DNA of 64,000 bases, from contig JANQNK010000003.1 of the NCBI GenBank assembly GCA_028279595.1, positions 96,001 through 160,000 of the forward strand. Reading direction: 5' to 3'. The number at the start of each line of letters is the position of its first letter. Position 1 is the first letter of the stretch. The position numbers were made by a program, and so were the translations under genes. The notes beneath the pieces were generated by a model, which saw only the letters and a program-made list of their open reading frames with translations, was not told where the DNA came from and did no database searches. Below, piece after piece: positions 21,521-31,293 of the stretch. Source of the DNA: Thermoplasmatota archaeon (GTDB lineage: Archaea; Thermoplasmatota; JAKEGO01).

Positions 21521-23035
21521 ATGGAGGAGGTAGAGGTAGCTGAGGAGGAGCGCGACCACTGGTCGGGCAGGCTCCCCTTCATCCTCGCGGCCATGGGATC
21601 GGCCATCGGCCTCGGGAATGTTTGGCGTTTCCCCTACATCGCCTATGAGAACGGCGGCGGCGCCTTCCTCATACCCTACTTCATCGCCCTCCTGACCACT
21701 GGCATTCCATTGATGGCACTGGAGTTCGGTCTCGGCTACAAGTTCCTTTCCGGAGCGCCGAAGGCGTTCTCGATGGTCGATCGCCGGTTGGCATGGGTCG
21801 GCTGGCTTTCCATATTCCTGGGATTCCTGATCCTATCGTTCTACACGGTCATTATGGCATGGGCCCTGATCTACATGTTCTTCTCGTTCGACTCTTCCTG
21901 GGGTTCCACCCCCCACGAGATCGAGGGCTTCTTCTTCAACGATTTCCTGAACATAAGCAGCGGACCCACCGTCATCGGCGGCTTCCAGCCCATGATATTC
22001 GTTGGTCTTATCGTCATCTGGATCTGCATCTACCTCATACTCAACAAGGGCGTCCAGAGGGTCGGGAAGGTCGTCCTGATAACGGTTCCCCTTCCGATCA
22101 TCCTTCTCATCATCCTGTTCATCCGCGGTATCACATTGCCAGGCGCCATGGACGGGATCGAATACTATCTCACTCCGGACTCGTCCAAGTTGGGCGACGC
22201 CAACGTCTGGCTGGCGGCCTACGGTCAGATATTCTTCACACTGAGCCTCGCCCAGGGCGTCATGATAGCGTACGCTTCGTATCTTCCGAAGAAATCGGAG
22301 ATCATGAACAATGCGACGATCATCAGCCTGGCCAACTGCGGGACGTCGTTCTTCGCAGGGCTTGTCGTCTTCAGCATCCTGGGTTTCGTCCAGCACGAGA
22401 CCGGGCAGCCCATAGGTTCGGGCGCCTCCGGCCCCCATCTGGCCTTCATCACCTACCCGATAGCCATCTCCCAGATGGGCGGAGCCTCCGCTCTCTTCGG
22501 AGTCATATTCTTCCTCATGTTGCTCACCCTCGGGATCGACTCCGCGTTCTCCATGGTGGAGGCGCTGACGGCCGGGCTCGAGGACCTCGGATGGGAGCAC
22601 GAGAAGGCGGTCCGATTCTTCGTGATAATCGGACTCTCCATCGGCCTGCTCTTCGTCACGAGCGTATCCTTCTGGTTGATCCACCTCATAGACCACTTTG
22701 CCGTTGGCATCGGGATCGTGATAGTCGGACTGATAGAGGTTCTGGTCATAGGGTACGTGATGAAACCGGAGGAGCTGCGTGAGTTCATCAACGAGCACTC
22801 CGAGGTCAAGATCGGGTACTGGTGGGACGCGATGATCAGGTACGTGACCCCCATCATCCTGATATTCATCATCGTCTGGACCCTCAAGGACGGCTTCGAG
22901 TTCACCGGGGAGAGCGTCCCCAACAATGTGGTCGAATATCCGCCATGGTTGGTGTTCGCCGGTGGTTATGGGCTCATATTCGTCCTGGTGATCGCCGCGC
23001 TGTACATGCAGAGGAGGTTCACCGAATGGCACTAA
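21521..23035 (+). CDS. Sodium-dependent NSS/SNF family transporter (MetP-like)
   Basis: GSAIGLGNVWRFPY, GGGAFLIPY, QIFFTLSL, TLGIDS. Confidence 0.93.
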   Translation: MEEVEVAEEERDHWSGRLPFILAAMGSAIGLGNVWRFPYIAYENGGGAFLIPYFIALLTTGIPLMALEFGLGYKFLSGAPKAFSMVDRRLAWVGWLSIFLGFLILSFYTVIMAWALIYMFFSFDSSWGSTPHEIEGFFFNDFLNISSGPTVIGGFQPMIFVGLIVIWICIYLILNKGVQRVGKVVLITVPLPIILLIILFIRGITLPGAMDGIEYYLTPDSSKLGDANVWLAAYGQIFFTLSLAQGVMIAYASYLPKKSEIMNNATIISLANCGTSFFAGLVVFSILGFVQHETGQPIGSGASGPHLAFITYPIAISQMGGASALFGVIFFLMLLTLGIDSAFSMVEALTAGLEDLGWEHEKAVRFFVIIGLSIGLLFVTSVSFWLIHLIDHFAVGIGIVIVGLIEVLVIGYVMKPEELREFINEHSEVKIGYWWDAMIRYVTPIILIFIIVWTLKDGFEFTGESVPNNVVEYPPWLVFAGGYGLIFVLVIAALYMQRRFTEWH

Positions 23036-23679
23036 CGGGCGGCGCGGTGGCGATGCTGCTCTTCGCATGCTTCATCCTCTACGGAGGTCTGCTGTACTTC
23101 ATGCTCATAGCCATGGGCCGCGACCCGATCATGATGCTCCCGGACCCGCTCCGCGGTTTCTTCATGGTCCCGTGGAACCGGTACGGAACGGTCCTCCTGG
23201 TGGCGCTAGTGCTGATCGTCCCGGCCCTGGCGTCGGAGGGGATCGACGAGGACGGAGGATACTCCGATGGCCCGAGCGGCGACGAGATCAAGACGATAGA
23301 CATCCCAGAGGATGGTTATCTGGACGAGGGTGAGAACGATACCTACGATCCCGATCAGGGTTACGTCATGAAAGCGTGGTTCAATCTAACGTGGACCGAC
23401 GAGGATCCGCCCATAGGACGGACAAATGAGCCAGATGAATTTAATCTGGAGGTCATCGCGCCGAACGGTGAATCCAGGAGCGACTCGGCATCCAACAGCG
23501 TTGGCGGTGATGGTAGCGTCAGCATCGGTGTCGATGTGGATGGCAATATGGGCGGAAGGTGGTACGTCATCGTGACCATGGTCGAGGCTGGGGACAATAC
23601 CGAACCCTCGGGCTACCTCACGGTCGAGGACGACGGCAACGATTACGACCTCGACATGTGGTTCAAGTACGTCGAATGA
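23026..23679 (+). CDS. MetS-like NSS small subunit fused to a second TM and an acidic extracellular domain
   Basis: MALTGGAVAMLLFACFILYGGLLYF start overlapping the transporter 3' end, SD GAGGAGG; C-terminal domain homologous to 58115-58714. Confidence 0.75.
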   Translation: MALTGGAVAMLLFACFILYGGLLYFMLIAMGRDPIMMLPDPLRGFFMVPWNRYGTVLLVALVLIVPALASEGIDEDGGYSDGPSGDEIKTIDIPEDGYLDEGENDTYDPDQGYVMKAWFNLTWTDEDPPIGRTNEPDEFNLEVIAPNGESRSDSASNSVGGDGSVSIGVDVDGNMGGRWYVIVTMVEAGDNTEPSGYLTVEDDGNDYDLDMWFKYVE

Positions 23680-23800
23680 ACCGTTCCGGGTACACGCATT
23701 GACGCGGCCGCCGGGCTTCTGTAACATGTCCATGGAAAGGTTAATTAACCGATTGGGTCATCTCCCGACACGGAGGCCACATGGCCCCCGGGGGCAATCA

Positions 23801-24631
23801 ATGGTCAGAATCGAAGATGGGGTAATCGAGGCTCTTGAGGAGAGGGCCAGACAGATCCGGCGGCACATCGTCGAGTCCATCTATCATGCTAAATCCGGGC
23901 ATCCCGGAGGCTCGCTTTCTGCCACCGATGTCATCACCGCGCTCTACTTCGACGTCATGGAACATCGCCCCGAGGACCCCTCCTGGGAGGACAGGGACTA
24001 CTTCGTCCTCAGCAAGGGTCACGCAGCCCCGGCGCAGTACGCGGCGCTTGCACTCAACGGCTACTTCCCAGTGGAGGACCTCAACACCCTGAGGAAGCTC
24101 GACAGCCATCTGCAGGGCCATCCGGACATGCTCAAGACCCCCGGCGTCGAGGCGTCGACGGGCTCCCTCGGACAGGGGATATCGATCGCCGCCGGTATCG
24201 CTGCGGCGATGAAGATCGACGGCAAGGACGGCCACGTCTACTCGATGATGGGCGACGGCGAACTGGAGGAGGGACAGGTCTGGGAAGCGGCCCTATTCGC
24301 CGCTCACAACGGTCTCGACAACCTGGTCGGGATCGTCGACCGCAACAGGCTACAGATCGACGGCTGTACCGAGGACGTCATGTGCCTTGAACCACTTCCT
24401 GCCAAGTGGAAGGCGTTCGGGTGGCACGTCATCGAGATCGACGGCCATAACATGCGCGAGATCCTCTCCGCGCTCTACCAGGCCAGGGACCAGGCGGACA
24501 AGCCGACGGTCATCATATCGAACACGATCAAGGGCAAGGGGATCTCATTCATGGAGAATTCCCTCAATTTCCACGGAAAGGCTCCCAATGAGGAGGAGTA
24601 CCATCGGGCGATGGAGGAGCTGGGTGATTGA
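23801..24631 (+). CDS. Transketolase, N-terminal (TPP-binding) subunit
   Basis: SGHPGGSLS, LSKGHA, LQGHP, GSLGQG, GDGELEEG. Confidence 0.95.
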   Translation: MVRIEDGVIEALEERARQIRRHIVESIYHAKSGHPGGSLSATDVITALYFDVMEHRPEDPSWEDRDYFVLSKGHAAPAQYAALALNGYFPVEDLNTLRKLDSHLQGHPDMLKTPGVEASTGSLGQGISIAAGIAAAMKIDGKDGHVYSMMGDGELEEGQVWEAALFAAHNGLDNLVGIVDRNRLQIDGCTEDVMCLEPLPAKWKAFGWHVIEIDGHNMREILSALYQARDQADKPTVIISNTIKGKGISFMENSLNFHGKAPNEEEYHRAMEELGD

Positions 24632-25573
24632 ATGGTACTGATGGAGAGTCCCAGGGTGGCGTTCGGCGAGACCCTCGTCGAACTCGGCAAGGAGCACGAG
24701 GAGATCGTGTCCCTAGGAGCCGACCTCTCTTCATCCACCAAGACCTCGTTCTTCGACGATGTCTTCCCGAAGAGGTTCTTCAACTGCGGGATCGCCGAGG
24801 CGAACATGATGGGCGCCGCCGCTGGAATGGCGATAGCGGGCAAGGTCCCGTTCCCGAGCACATTCGCGGTATTCGCCACCGGCAGGGTCTACGACCAGAT
24901 CCGGCAGTCCATTGCGTATCCCAATCTGGATGTGAAGATAGTAGCCACTCACGCCGGCATCACCGTCGGCGGCGACGGCGCTTCCCACCAGATCAACGAG
25001 GACATCGCCCTGATGTCCGTCCTGCCGAACATGCAGGTCATCGTCCCCGGCGACGCCCTCGAGACGCGGAAGGTCGTCCGGGCCGCCTACGAGAACCCGG
25101 GACCCATGTACATCCGCCTTTCCCGGACGGACATGCCGAGGGTCACGGACGAAGAGACCCCGTTCGAGATCGGCAAGATGGCCGTCCTCAGGGACGGCGA
25201 GGACATCACTCTCATGAGCACTGGCCTCATGGTCGAGCGCTGCCTGGAGGCGGCCGATAGGCTGAAGAAGATGGACATCGACGCTGCCGTCATCAACGTC
25301 TCCACGGTCAAGCCGCTCGACAAGAAGACACTGTTGAAGTACGCAATGAAGACCGGCGCCGTTCTGACCGCCGAGGAGCACAACGTCCTCCTCGGGATCG
25401 GTTCCATCATCGCGACATCGCTCGTCGAATCGTATCCCGTGCCTCTCAAACGGATCGGGATACCCGATATCTTCTCCAGATCGGGCGAGTCGGAGGAGCT
25501 GATGCAGATGTTCGGACTCACCGCCGAGCACGTGGTCGAGGAGGCCGTGGACCTAGTGAAGGTGAAATATTGA
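24632..25573 (+). CDS. Transketolase, C-terminal subunit
   Basis: GIAEANM, RVYDQIR, DGASHQ, TVKPLD, EEH. Confidence 0.95.
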   Translation: MVLMESPRVAFGETLVELGKEHEEIVSLGADLSSSTKTSFFDDVFPKRFFNCGIAEANMMGAAAGMAIAGKVPFPSTFAVFATGRVYDQIRQSIAYPNLDVKIVATHAGITVGGDGASHQINEDIALMSVLPNMQVIVPGDALETRKVVRAAYENPGPMYIRLSRTDMPRVTDEETPFEIGKMAVLRDGEDITLMSTGLMVERCLEAADRLKKMDIDAAVINVSTVKPLDKKTLLKYAMKTGAVLTAEEHNVLLGIGSIIATSLVESYPVPLKRIGIPDIFSRSGESEELMQMFGLTAEHVVEEAVDLVKVKY

Positions 25574-26205
25574 GGATATTCCTTGACACAGCGAATGTTG
25601 ACGAGATAGAGGAAGCCGGGACATGGGGGATACTCGACGGCGTTACGACGAACCCCACCCTTATCGCACGTGAGGGGAGGGACCTCCAGGAGGTCATCCA
25701 GGAGATATGCGCGATCGTCGACGGTCCGATAAGCGCGGAGGTCATCTCGATGGAGGCCGACGGCATGGTGACCGAGGCCAGGGAGCTCGCGAAGCTCCAC
25801 CCCAACGTCGTCATCAAGATCCCGATGTGCACGGAGGGACTGAAGGCGACCAGGGCTCTTGCGGACGAGAACATCTCCACGAACGTCACCCTCGTCTTCA
25901 GCACCAGCCAGGCCCTGCTGGCCGCGAAGGCCGGGGCGACCTACGTCAGTCCGTTCGTCGGAAGGCTGGACGACAACAGCCACGTCGGCATGGACATAAT
26001 TCGCGACATCGCTGCGATCTTCGAGATATACGGCTATTCGACCCAGATAATCGTCGCATCCATCAGGAACCCGAACCACGTGGTCGAGGCCGCCCTCGCG
26101 GGTGCGCACATCAGCACCATCCCGTTCGGCGTCCTTAAGAAGATGGTCACACACCCGCTCACGGACATTGGCATCGAGAAGTTCCTCGGCGACGCCAAGA
26201 GGTGA
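25570..26205 (+). CDS. tal: Transaldolase / fructose-6-phosphate aldolase family
   Basis: [34 protein letters not shown]; TTG start overlapping upstream stop. Confidence 0.92.
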   Translation: MRIFLDTANVDEIEEAGTWGILDGVTTNPTLIAREGRDLQEVIQEICAIVDGPISAEVISMEADGMVTEARELAKLHPNVVIKIPMCTEGLKATRALADENISTNVTLVFSTSQALLAAKAGATYVSPFVGRLDDNSHVGMDIIRDIAAIFEIYGYSTQIIVASIRNPNHVVEAALAGAHISTIPFGVLKKMVTHPLTDIGIEKFLGDAKR

Positions 26206-26215
26206 TCCGGACTTG

Positions 26216-27613
26216 ATGACCTTCCGTGAAGTGAAGGTTCTGGACGTCAACAGTGAGATACACGGCATTCCGGCAGCCATGCTCATGGAGAACGCTGGCC
26301 GAGGTATCGCCCGTTTCGTTCTCGAGGAATATTCTCCATCCAGTGTCCTGATCATCTGCGGTCCGGGCAACAACGGAGGCGACGGGTACGTCGCTGGCCG
26401 GCGCCTTTCAGAGGAGGGCGTCGACGTTGTCCTCCTTCCCGTGAGGGAGCCGTCCACCGACCTGGCGATCGATTCTGCCGAGAAGGCCGACCCCCACTTC
26501 CGGGCCATCGACATCGACGTTCTGGAGGCCGAGGCCGGGAACGCTGACGTGATAATCGATGCGATGCTCGGGGTCGGCGTCTCCGGAGACCTCAGGGAGC
26601 CTTACGGAAGGATCGCCGAGCTCCTGAACCTGATCGAGACGCCAGTGGTCTCGGTGGACGTCCCGACTGGTATGGGGACCGATGGGGGCGTCCGACCGGA
26701 CGTCACCCTCACATTCCACGACGTCAAGGAGGGCATGGATGGTCTGGACCGGATCGAGGTCATCGATATAGGGATCCCGAGGAAGGCATCGCTCTTCACC
26801 GGACCTGGTGAACTGACGCTCATCCCCTCGCGGAGGACCGATGCCCACAAGGGATCGTCCGGAAAGGTGCTCGTGATCGGAGGAGGCCCGTTCACCGGTG
26901 CACCCGCCCTTGCGGCCATGTCGGTACTCAGGACGGGATGCGACCTCGCCGTCGTGGCGGCACCAGCCTCCGCAGCCGGGGTCATCGCGGAGTTCAGCCC
27001 GAACATCATCGTGCGATCCCTCCCGGGCGAGATCATCACCGGGGAGAGCATCGGTCCGCTGGAAGAGATGATCGGAGGGTTCGACGCCGTGGTCATCGGT
27101 CCTGGCATGGGGGACGATCCCGCTTCCGTCGACGCTGCCAGGGCCATCGTCGCAAGGATCGTCGACGCAGGCAAGCCGTTCATCGTCGACGCCGATGCCC
27201 TCAGGATCTACATAGGATCAAAACCCCGCGGGAACGGTGTCATCACACCCCACATGGGTGAGTTCCGGAGGATGGTCGGCGAGGGGAAGCAGGTCGAGCT
27301 CGCCCGTAACCTCGTTTCGGACTCCAACATGGTCCTCCTCCTGAAGGGGGTCGAGGACCTCATATGCAGCAGTGACCGCGTTATCCGGAACACCACCGGC
27401 AATCCCGGAATGACCGTCGGTGGAACGGGAGACGTGCTCGCCGGAGCCGTCGGTGGACTTCTCGCACTGGGCCTGGAACCCTTCGACGCTGCCAGGGTTG
27501 CCGCTTACGTCGTCGGGTCGGCCGGCGACATCGCATTCGAGGAGTACGGCAACTCATTGCTCGCCACCGACATCATCGAGACGATGCCCGTCGCGCTGAA
27601 GGGGTCGAGATGA
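26216..27613 (+). CDS. nnr: Bifunctional NAD(P)H-hydrate epimerase/dehydratase
   Basis: LMENAG, GPGNNGGDG, DVPTG, HKG, DADAL, TPHMGEF, GGTGDVLAG. Confidence 0.94.
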   Translation: MTFREVKVLDVNSEIHGIPAAMLMENAGRGIARFVLEEYSPSSVLIICGPGNNGGDGYVAGRRLSEEGVDVVLLPVREPSTDLAIDSAEKADPHFRAIDIDVLEAEAGNADVIIDAMLGVGVSGDLREPYGRIAELLNLIETPVVSVDVPTGMGTDGGVRPDVTLTFHDVKEGMDGLDRIEVIDIGIPRKASLFTGPGELTLIPSRRTDAHKGSSGKVLVIGGGPFTGAPALAAMSVLRTGCDLAVVAAPASAAGVIAEFSPNIIVRSLPGEIITGESIGPLEEMIGGFDAVVIGPGMGDDPASVDAARAIVARIVDAGKPFIVDADALRIYIGSKPRGNGVITPHMGEFRRMVGEGKQVELARNLVSDSNMVLLLKGVEDLICSSDRVIRNTTGNPGMTVGGTGDVLAGAVGGLLALGLEPFDAARVAAYVVGSAGDIAFEEYGNSLLATDIIETMPVALKGSR

Positions 27614-28179
27614 GGTCGTTCATCGCCATACCGGTCAGTCCGTCCGGACAGATATCGAAGGTACTCTCGGAGCTTGGTCTGTGGCGCAGGCAGGGATTGA
27701 AGCCGGTCGAGCCCGAGAACATGCATCTGACGTTGAAGTTCCTCGGAGAGATCGATCCCGGAAGGGTTCCTGAGATCGTCGAGGCTATCGAACGGGCGAT
27801 CGAGGACCATTCTCCTTTCAGGGTCCAATTCAAGGGGATGGGTGCATTCCCCAACGAGAACTACATCAAGGTCGTCTGGGTCGGCATCGATAGCGACGGG
27901 CTAGGCCCGCTCGCTTCCGACGTTATCGACGCCATGGCCGGACTCGGGTTCGAGAGGTCGAAGTTCTCCGCACACCTGACCCTGGCCCGCGTCAAAGGCC
28001 CGAAGCCGAGGGAGCGCATCCAGGAGATGATCGCCGACAACCGGGACAGGGACCTCGGCCGACTGGACGTCGACTCCATCTACCTTATGAAGAGCACCTT
28101 GACCCCGGCTGGCCCCATCTACGATGAGGTCTCCAGGATAGAATTGGCGGGGACCAGCTCACTTTCCGTTCAGGAGTAG
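27610..28179 (+). CDS. thpR: RNA 2',3'-cyclic phosphodiesterase (2H family)
   Basis: Two HxT motifs (HLTLKFLG, HLTLAR), STLTPAGPIY. Confidence 0.93.
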   Translation: MRSFIAIPVSPSGQISKVLSELGLWRRQGLKPVEPENMHLTLKFLGEIDPGRVPEIVEAIERAIEDHSPFRVQFKGMGAFPNENYIKVVWVGIDSDGLGPLASDVIDAMAGLGFERSKFSAHLTLARVKGPKPRERIQEMIADNRDRDLGRLDVDSIYLMKSTLTPAGPIYDEVSRIELAGTSSLSVQE

Positions 28180-28554
28180 CGCCATGAATACCAGGACGAC
28201 GGTCCTCTCCAGGGTGTCCGTTATCTCGACCTCGTTCCTGTACTGCGTCTTGTGGTTGGGCAGAACCCCTGTCCCGATGAGGGTGACGTGCTCCACGTCC
28301 TCGTCGACATAGGTGACGATGTCGGTCTTGTCATCGGACTCGTATCCCTCGGCCTTCGGTATCCGAATGACGTGATGGATCTCCCTAAGACCCTCAGTGT
28401 TCGGTAGCGAGATGTCAAAACGGTCCTCTCCCGTGACGTTGTACCAGATGAGATTCCCGGTCTCGTAGACCTTTGGCTCGAGCTTACGGCTAACCCTGTC
28501 GAGCATCTCTAGTAACATACCGACCTTGCGCTCCCTATCTTCGATCGTGCTCAT
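28159..28554 (-). CDS. Hypothetical protein
   Basis: Protein-like composition, SD AGGTGA, upstream TATA-like region; no recognised motif. Confidence 0.6.
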   Translation of the reverse strand: MSTIEDRERKVGMLLEMLDRVSRKLEPKVYETGNLIWYNVTGEDRFDISLPNTEGLREIHHVIRIPKAEGYESDDKTDIVTYVDEDVEHVTLIGTGVLPNHKTQYRNEVEITDTLERTVVLVFMALLLNGK

Positions 28555-28683
28555 GGAGATCACCTGCATGCGGTGAGGAGCCTGCCCTGGACGGTCATTT
28601 CCAATGGCAGCGCCCGGACCTATTACCGATTTTGTAATTTTGGGTATATAAACCCACGATGGTTATTTGACAAAAACCGGAAT

Positions 28684-28699
28684 TGAGGATCAATCCTCA
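28684..28699. promoter_or_regulatory. Palindrome TGAGGAT-CA-ATCCTCA (candidate transcription factor site)
   Basis: Perfect 7-bp inverted repeat in an AT-rich intergenic region upstream of 28159-28554. Confidence 0.4.
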
Positions 28700-28730
28700 T
28701 AACAATGATCGACGTTCGGGATCGACGGGT

Positions 28731-29207
28731 TCACTTTCGATGTTTCATCGACAATAGACCCGTGGTCTGATGTACCCCGTCGAAATTATCCTCAAGCACC
28801 CCGAGTACGTCCTTGAAGTTCCTCTTCGGAAAGGAGTACAGATCGATCCTTCCTTTCCCTGTCCGGATCTCCAGGCTGGATGCGAGCCTCTTCCCTCGGT
28901 CGATGTCTATTGTACTGATCGATCCCTTCAGGTATATTCTCGGTTCAGGGTCACCCTCGAACAAGGGAGCTAGGTCCTGCTCTGACATAGCGCGGGATGC
29001 CCTCGATTCCCACTTGCCCGAGAAGATGCTCTTCATCACACCACCGAACCCCTTTGCATCTCTGTGGAAAAAGACTAGCCGTTCGGATGTGATCGCGAGG
29101 ACATATGCGGGGGGCCTCCCCGTCCGGAGCTCCTCCTCGTCTATGACGTCGACGACGTAAAGGAGTATCCTCTCGTTGACCTGTTCGCCGTTCATTCGAT
29201 CACGCAT
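28731..29207 (-). CDS. Hypothetical protein, possible PH-like fold
   Basis: LAITSERLVFF and SLEIRT strands; start overlaps the acdA stop. Confidence 0.6.
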   Translation of the reverse strand: MRDRMNGEQVNERILLYVVDVIDEEELRTGRPPAYVLAITSERLVFFHRDAKGFGGVMKSIFSGKWESRASRAMSEQDLAPLFEGDPEPRIYLKGSISTIDIDRGKRLASSLEIRTGKGRIDLYSFPKRNFKDVLGVLEDNFDGVHQTTGLLSMKHRK

Positions 29208-30522
29208 ACTCTCCCTTCAGCACCAGGGAGTAGCTGTGGAGCGCTTCCAGGGCCTCCACGGCATGGCTCGGGTCCGTGTAGGCCGGGATGCCTGCCTCGA
29301 TGAACCGTCCCCGAAGGGTCCTGAAGTCTGTCCCGCCCGGGATGACGTCGACCACCGGCTTGGACGATCCCTTTAAAGCCTCGAGGATGCCATCTACATC
29401 CCCGGGGCTGAAGAAGCACGATTTCATCTGGTTTATGACGATGACGCCGTCCACCGTCTCGTCGGCCAGAACGGCCTTGAGGACATGCTTGTAACGCTCT
29501 CCATCGGCGTCGGCGATGAGGTCGATGGGATTGATCATCTCCACACCCGGGTACTTCGAGGTCACCTGCTCGACGGTCTCCTCGACCGGTCTTGCCATCT
29601 TCAGGCCGGCCCTGACGACGGCGTCCGCGCCTAGGATGGCCGGACCGCCGACGTTGGATACGATCGCGATGCGCCTTCCCTCGAGCGGCGGCTGGTTCGC
29701 GAGCGCCACCGATGTGTGTATGAGGGACTGGATGCTGGGGACGCGGATAATTCCCGCCTCCTTGAGCGCTATGTCGAAGATGTCGTCCGAGCCCGATACG
29801 GATGCCGTATGGGACCGTGCCCTCCTTGCTCCCTCCTTGCTGATGCCGCCCTTGAGCGCGACAATGGGCTTCACGGCCGAGACCTTCGAAGCGGTCTCGA
29901 CGAAGCTCCGGCCGTCCTTCACACCCTCGACGTACATCCCGATCGCCTTGGTCTCGGGATCTTCGAGGAGGTCCATCAGGAGGTCCTCGTCGTCGATGTC
30001 TATCTTGTCTCCGACGAACGCGAACCGTGATATTCCGCATCCCTCCGAGATCGCGGTGTCCAGGACCGCTGCCCCGACACCTCCGCTCTGGACGATGAAC
30101 GACGAGGGTCCCTTCGCAGGTGCGATACCCTCGTTGAACGCTGTGATCAGTCCTATCCCCGTGTCCAGATATCCCATTATCGAGTTGGGGCCGAGCAGCC
30201 GGAACCCGTACCTTTCGATGTGACCGTTGTATGTGGCCCTCTGGACGGCAGTGAACCCGCCTGTGATCTGGATGATAGCCGAGACCCCGGCCTCGCCGCA
30301 CTTTCCAGCCCACGTAAGGGACTCGTCCGGCGGGAGCGCGATGACCGCCAGGTCCCCCTCGATCGGTGTAGGATCGTCAATATCGACGACCCTCACGGTC
30401 CCCTTGAAACCGGCCATGTTCTCCTGGATCCCGCGGAAGAGGTCAGGATGCGTCATCCCGATCTCCTCGGTCATCGTCGATGATCCTACGAGGACAACCC
30501 TCTCGGGTCTGAGCGCCTTCAT
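29200..30522 (-). CDS. acdA: ADP-forming acyl/acetate-CoA ligase alpha subunit
   Basis: RLLGPNS, QSGG, SHTAS phospho-His motif, SNVGG, NPIDL. Confidence 0.88.
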   Translation of the reverse strand: MKALRPERVVLVGSSTMTEEIGMTHPDLFRGIQENMAGFKGTVRVVDIDDPTPIEGDLAVIALPPDESLTWAGKCGEAGVSAIIQITGGFTAVQRATYNGHIERYGFRLLGPNSIMGYLDTGIGLITAFNEGIAPAKGPSSFIVQSGGVGAAVLDTAISEGCGISRFAFVGDKIDIDDEDLLMDLLEDPETKAIGMYVEGVKDGRSFVETASKVSAVKPIVALKGGISKEGARRARSHTASVSGSDDIFDIALKEAGIIRVPSIQSLIHTSVALANQPPLEGRRIAIVSNVGGPAILGADAVVRAGLKMARPVEETVEQVTSKYPGVEMINPIDLIADADGERYKHVLKAVLADETVDGVIVINQMKSCFFSPGDVDGILEALKGSSKPVVDVIPGGTDFRTLRGRFIEAGIPAYTDPSHAVEALEALHSYSLVLKGEYA

Positions 30523-31199
30523 TCCACCGCCCTCCCGATGACCTTCACATCCACGGCAATGGCGCCGTCCCTCCGGGCGAAGATCGGATTGACGTCGATC
30601 TCCATGATGTCGTCCCTCGCCGCCATGAGCTCGGAGACTGACACGATTATCCTGGCCAGGGTGTCGATGTCGACAGGTTCTCCTCCTCTGAACCGCTTCA
30701 GAACGGGCGAAGCGCGGATCTCCATCATCATACGTTTCGCCTTGTCCGTCGTCGTCGGAGCCAGCCTGTAGGAAACGTCCTTGAAAAGCTCGATCCAGAC
30801 ACCCCCGAGACCGAACATTACGACAGGGCCGAACTGCGGGTCCCGCAGTCCGCCGACAATGACCTCGACGCCCCTCTCGACGTGAGGCTGTACCGTCACA
30901 CCCTCGATCTCCGCCTTCGGGGCCAGACGCTTGACGGATGCGACGATCCCCTCGAAAGCGTCGGCCGCATCGTCAGCGGTCCTGACCATGGTCCTGACAC
31001 CCCCGACGTCGGTCTTGTGCAATATGTCCGGTGATGATATCTTGAGAACGACCGGTCCCCCGCCCAACTCAGAGAAGAGTCGTGAGGCGTCCGCTGCGGT
31101 CTTGGCCAGCACCGTCCTTGCAACGGGGATCCTGTATTCCTTCAGCAGGGCGTGCGCGTCGGCCTCGTGGAGTACCGGGCGCGGCTTGTGACCTGTCAT
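30519..31199 (-). CDS. acdB: ADP-forming acyl/acetate-CoA ligase beta subunit (ATP-grasp)
   Basis: VLKISSPDILHKTDVGGV, DPQFGPVVMFGLGG, EIDVNP; start moved to ATG 31199. Confidence 0.9.
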   Translation of the reverse strand: MTGHKPRPVLHEADAHALLKEYRIPVARTVLAKTAADASRLFSELGGGPVVLKISSPDILHKTDVGGVRTMVRTADDAADAFEGIVASVKRLAPKAEIEGVTVQPHVERGVEVIVGGLRDPQFGPVVMFGLGGVWIELFKDVSYRLAPTTTDKAKRMMMEIRASPVLKRFRGGEPVDIDTLARIIVSVSELMAARDDIMEIDVNPIFARRDGAIAVDVKVIGRAVE

Positions 31200-31293
31200 A
31201 CGGGGTGAGACGGACCGGCCTTTAAAAATATAGCGAGTGCATCGGTCCAATGATGAAGTTAGTCTTTTAGGCATCGTGATCATTCGGGTTATC

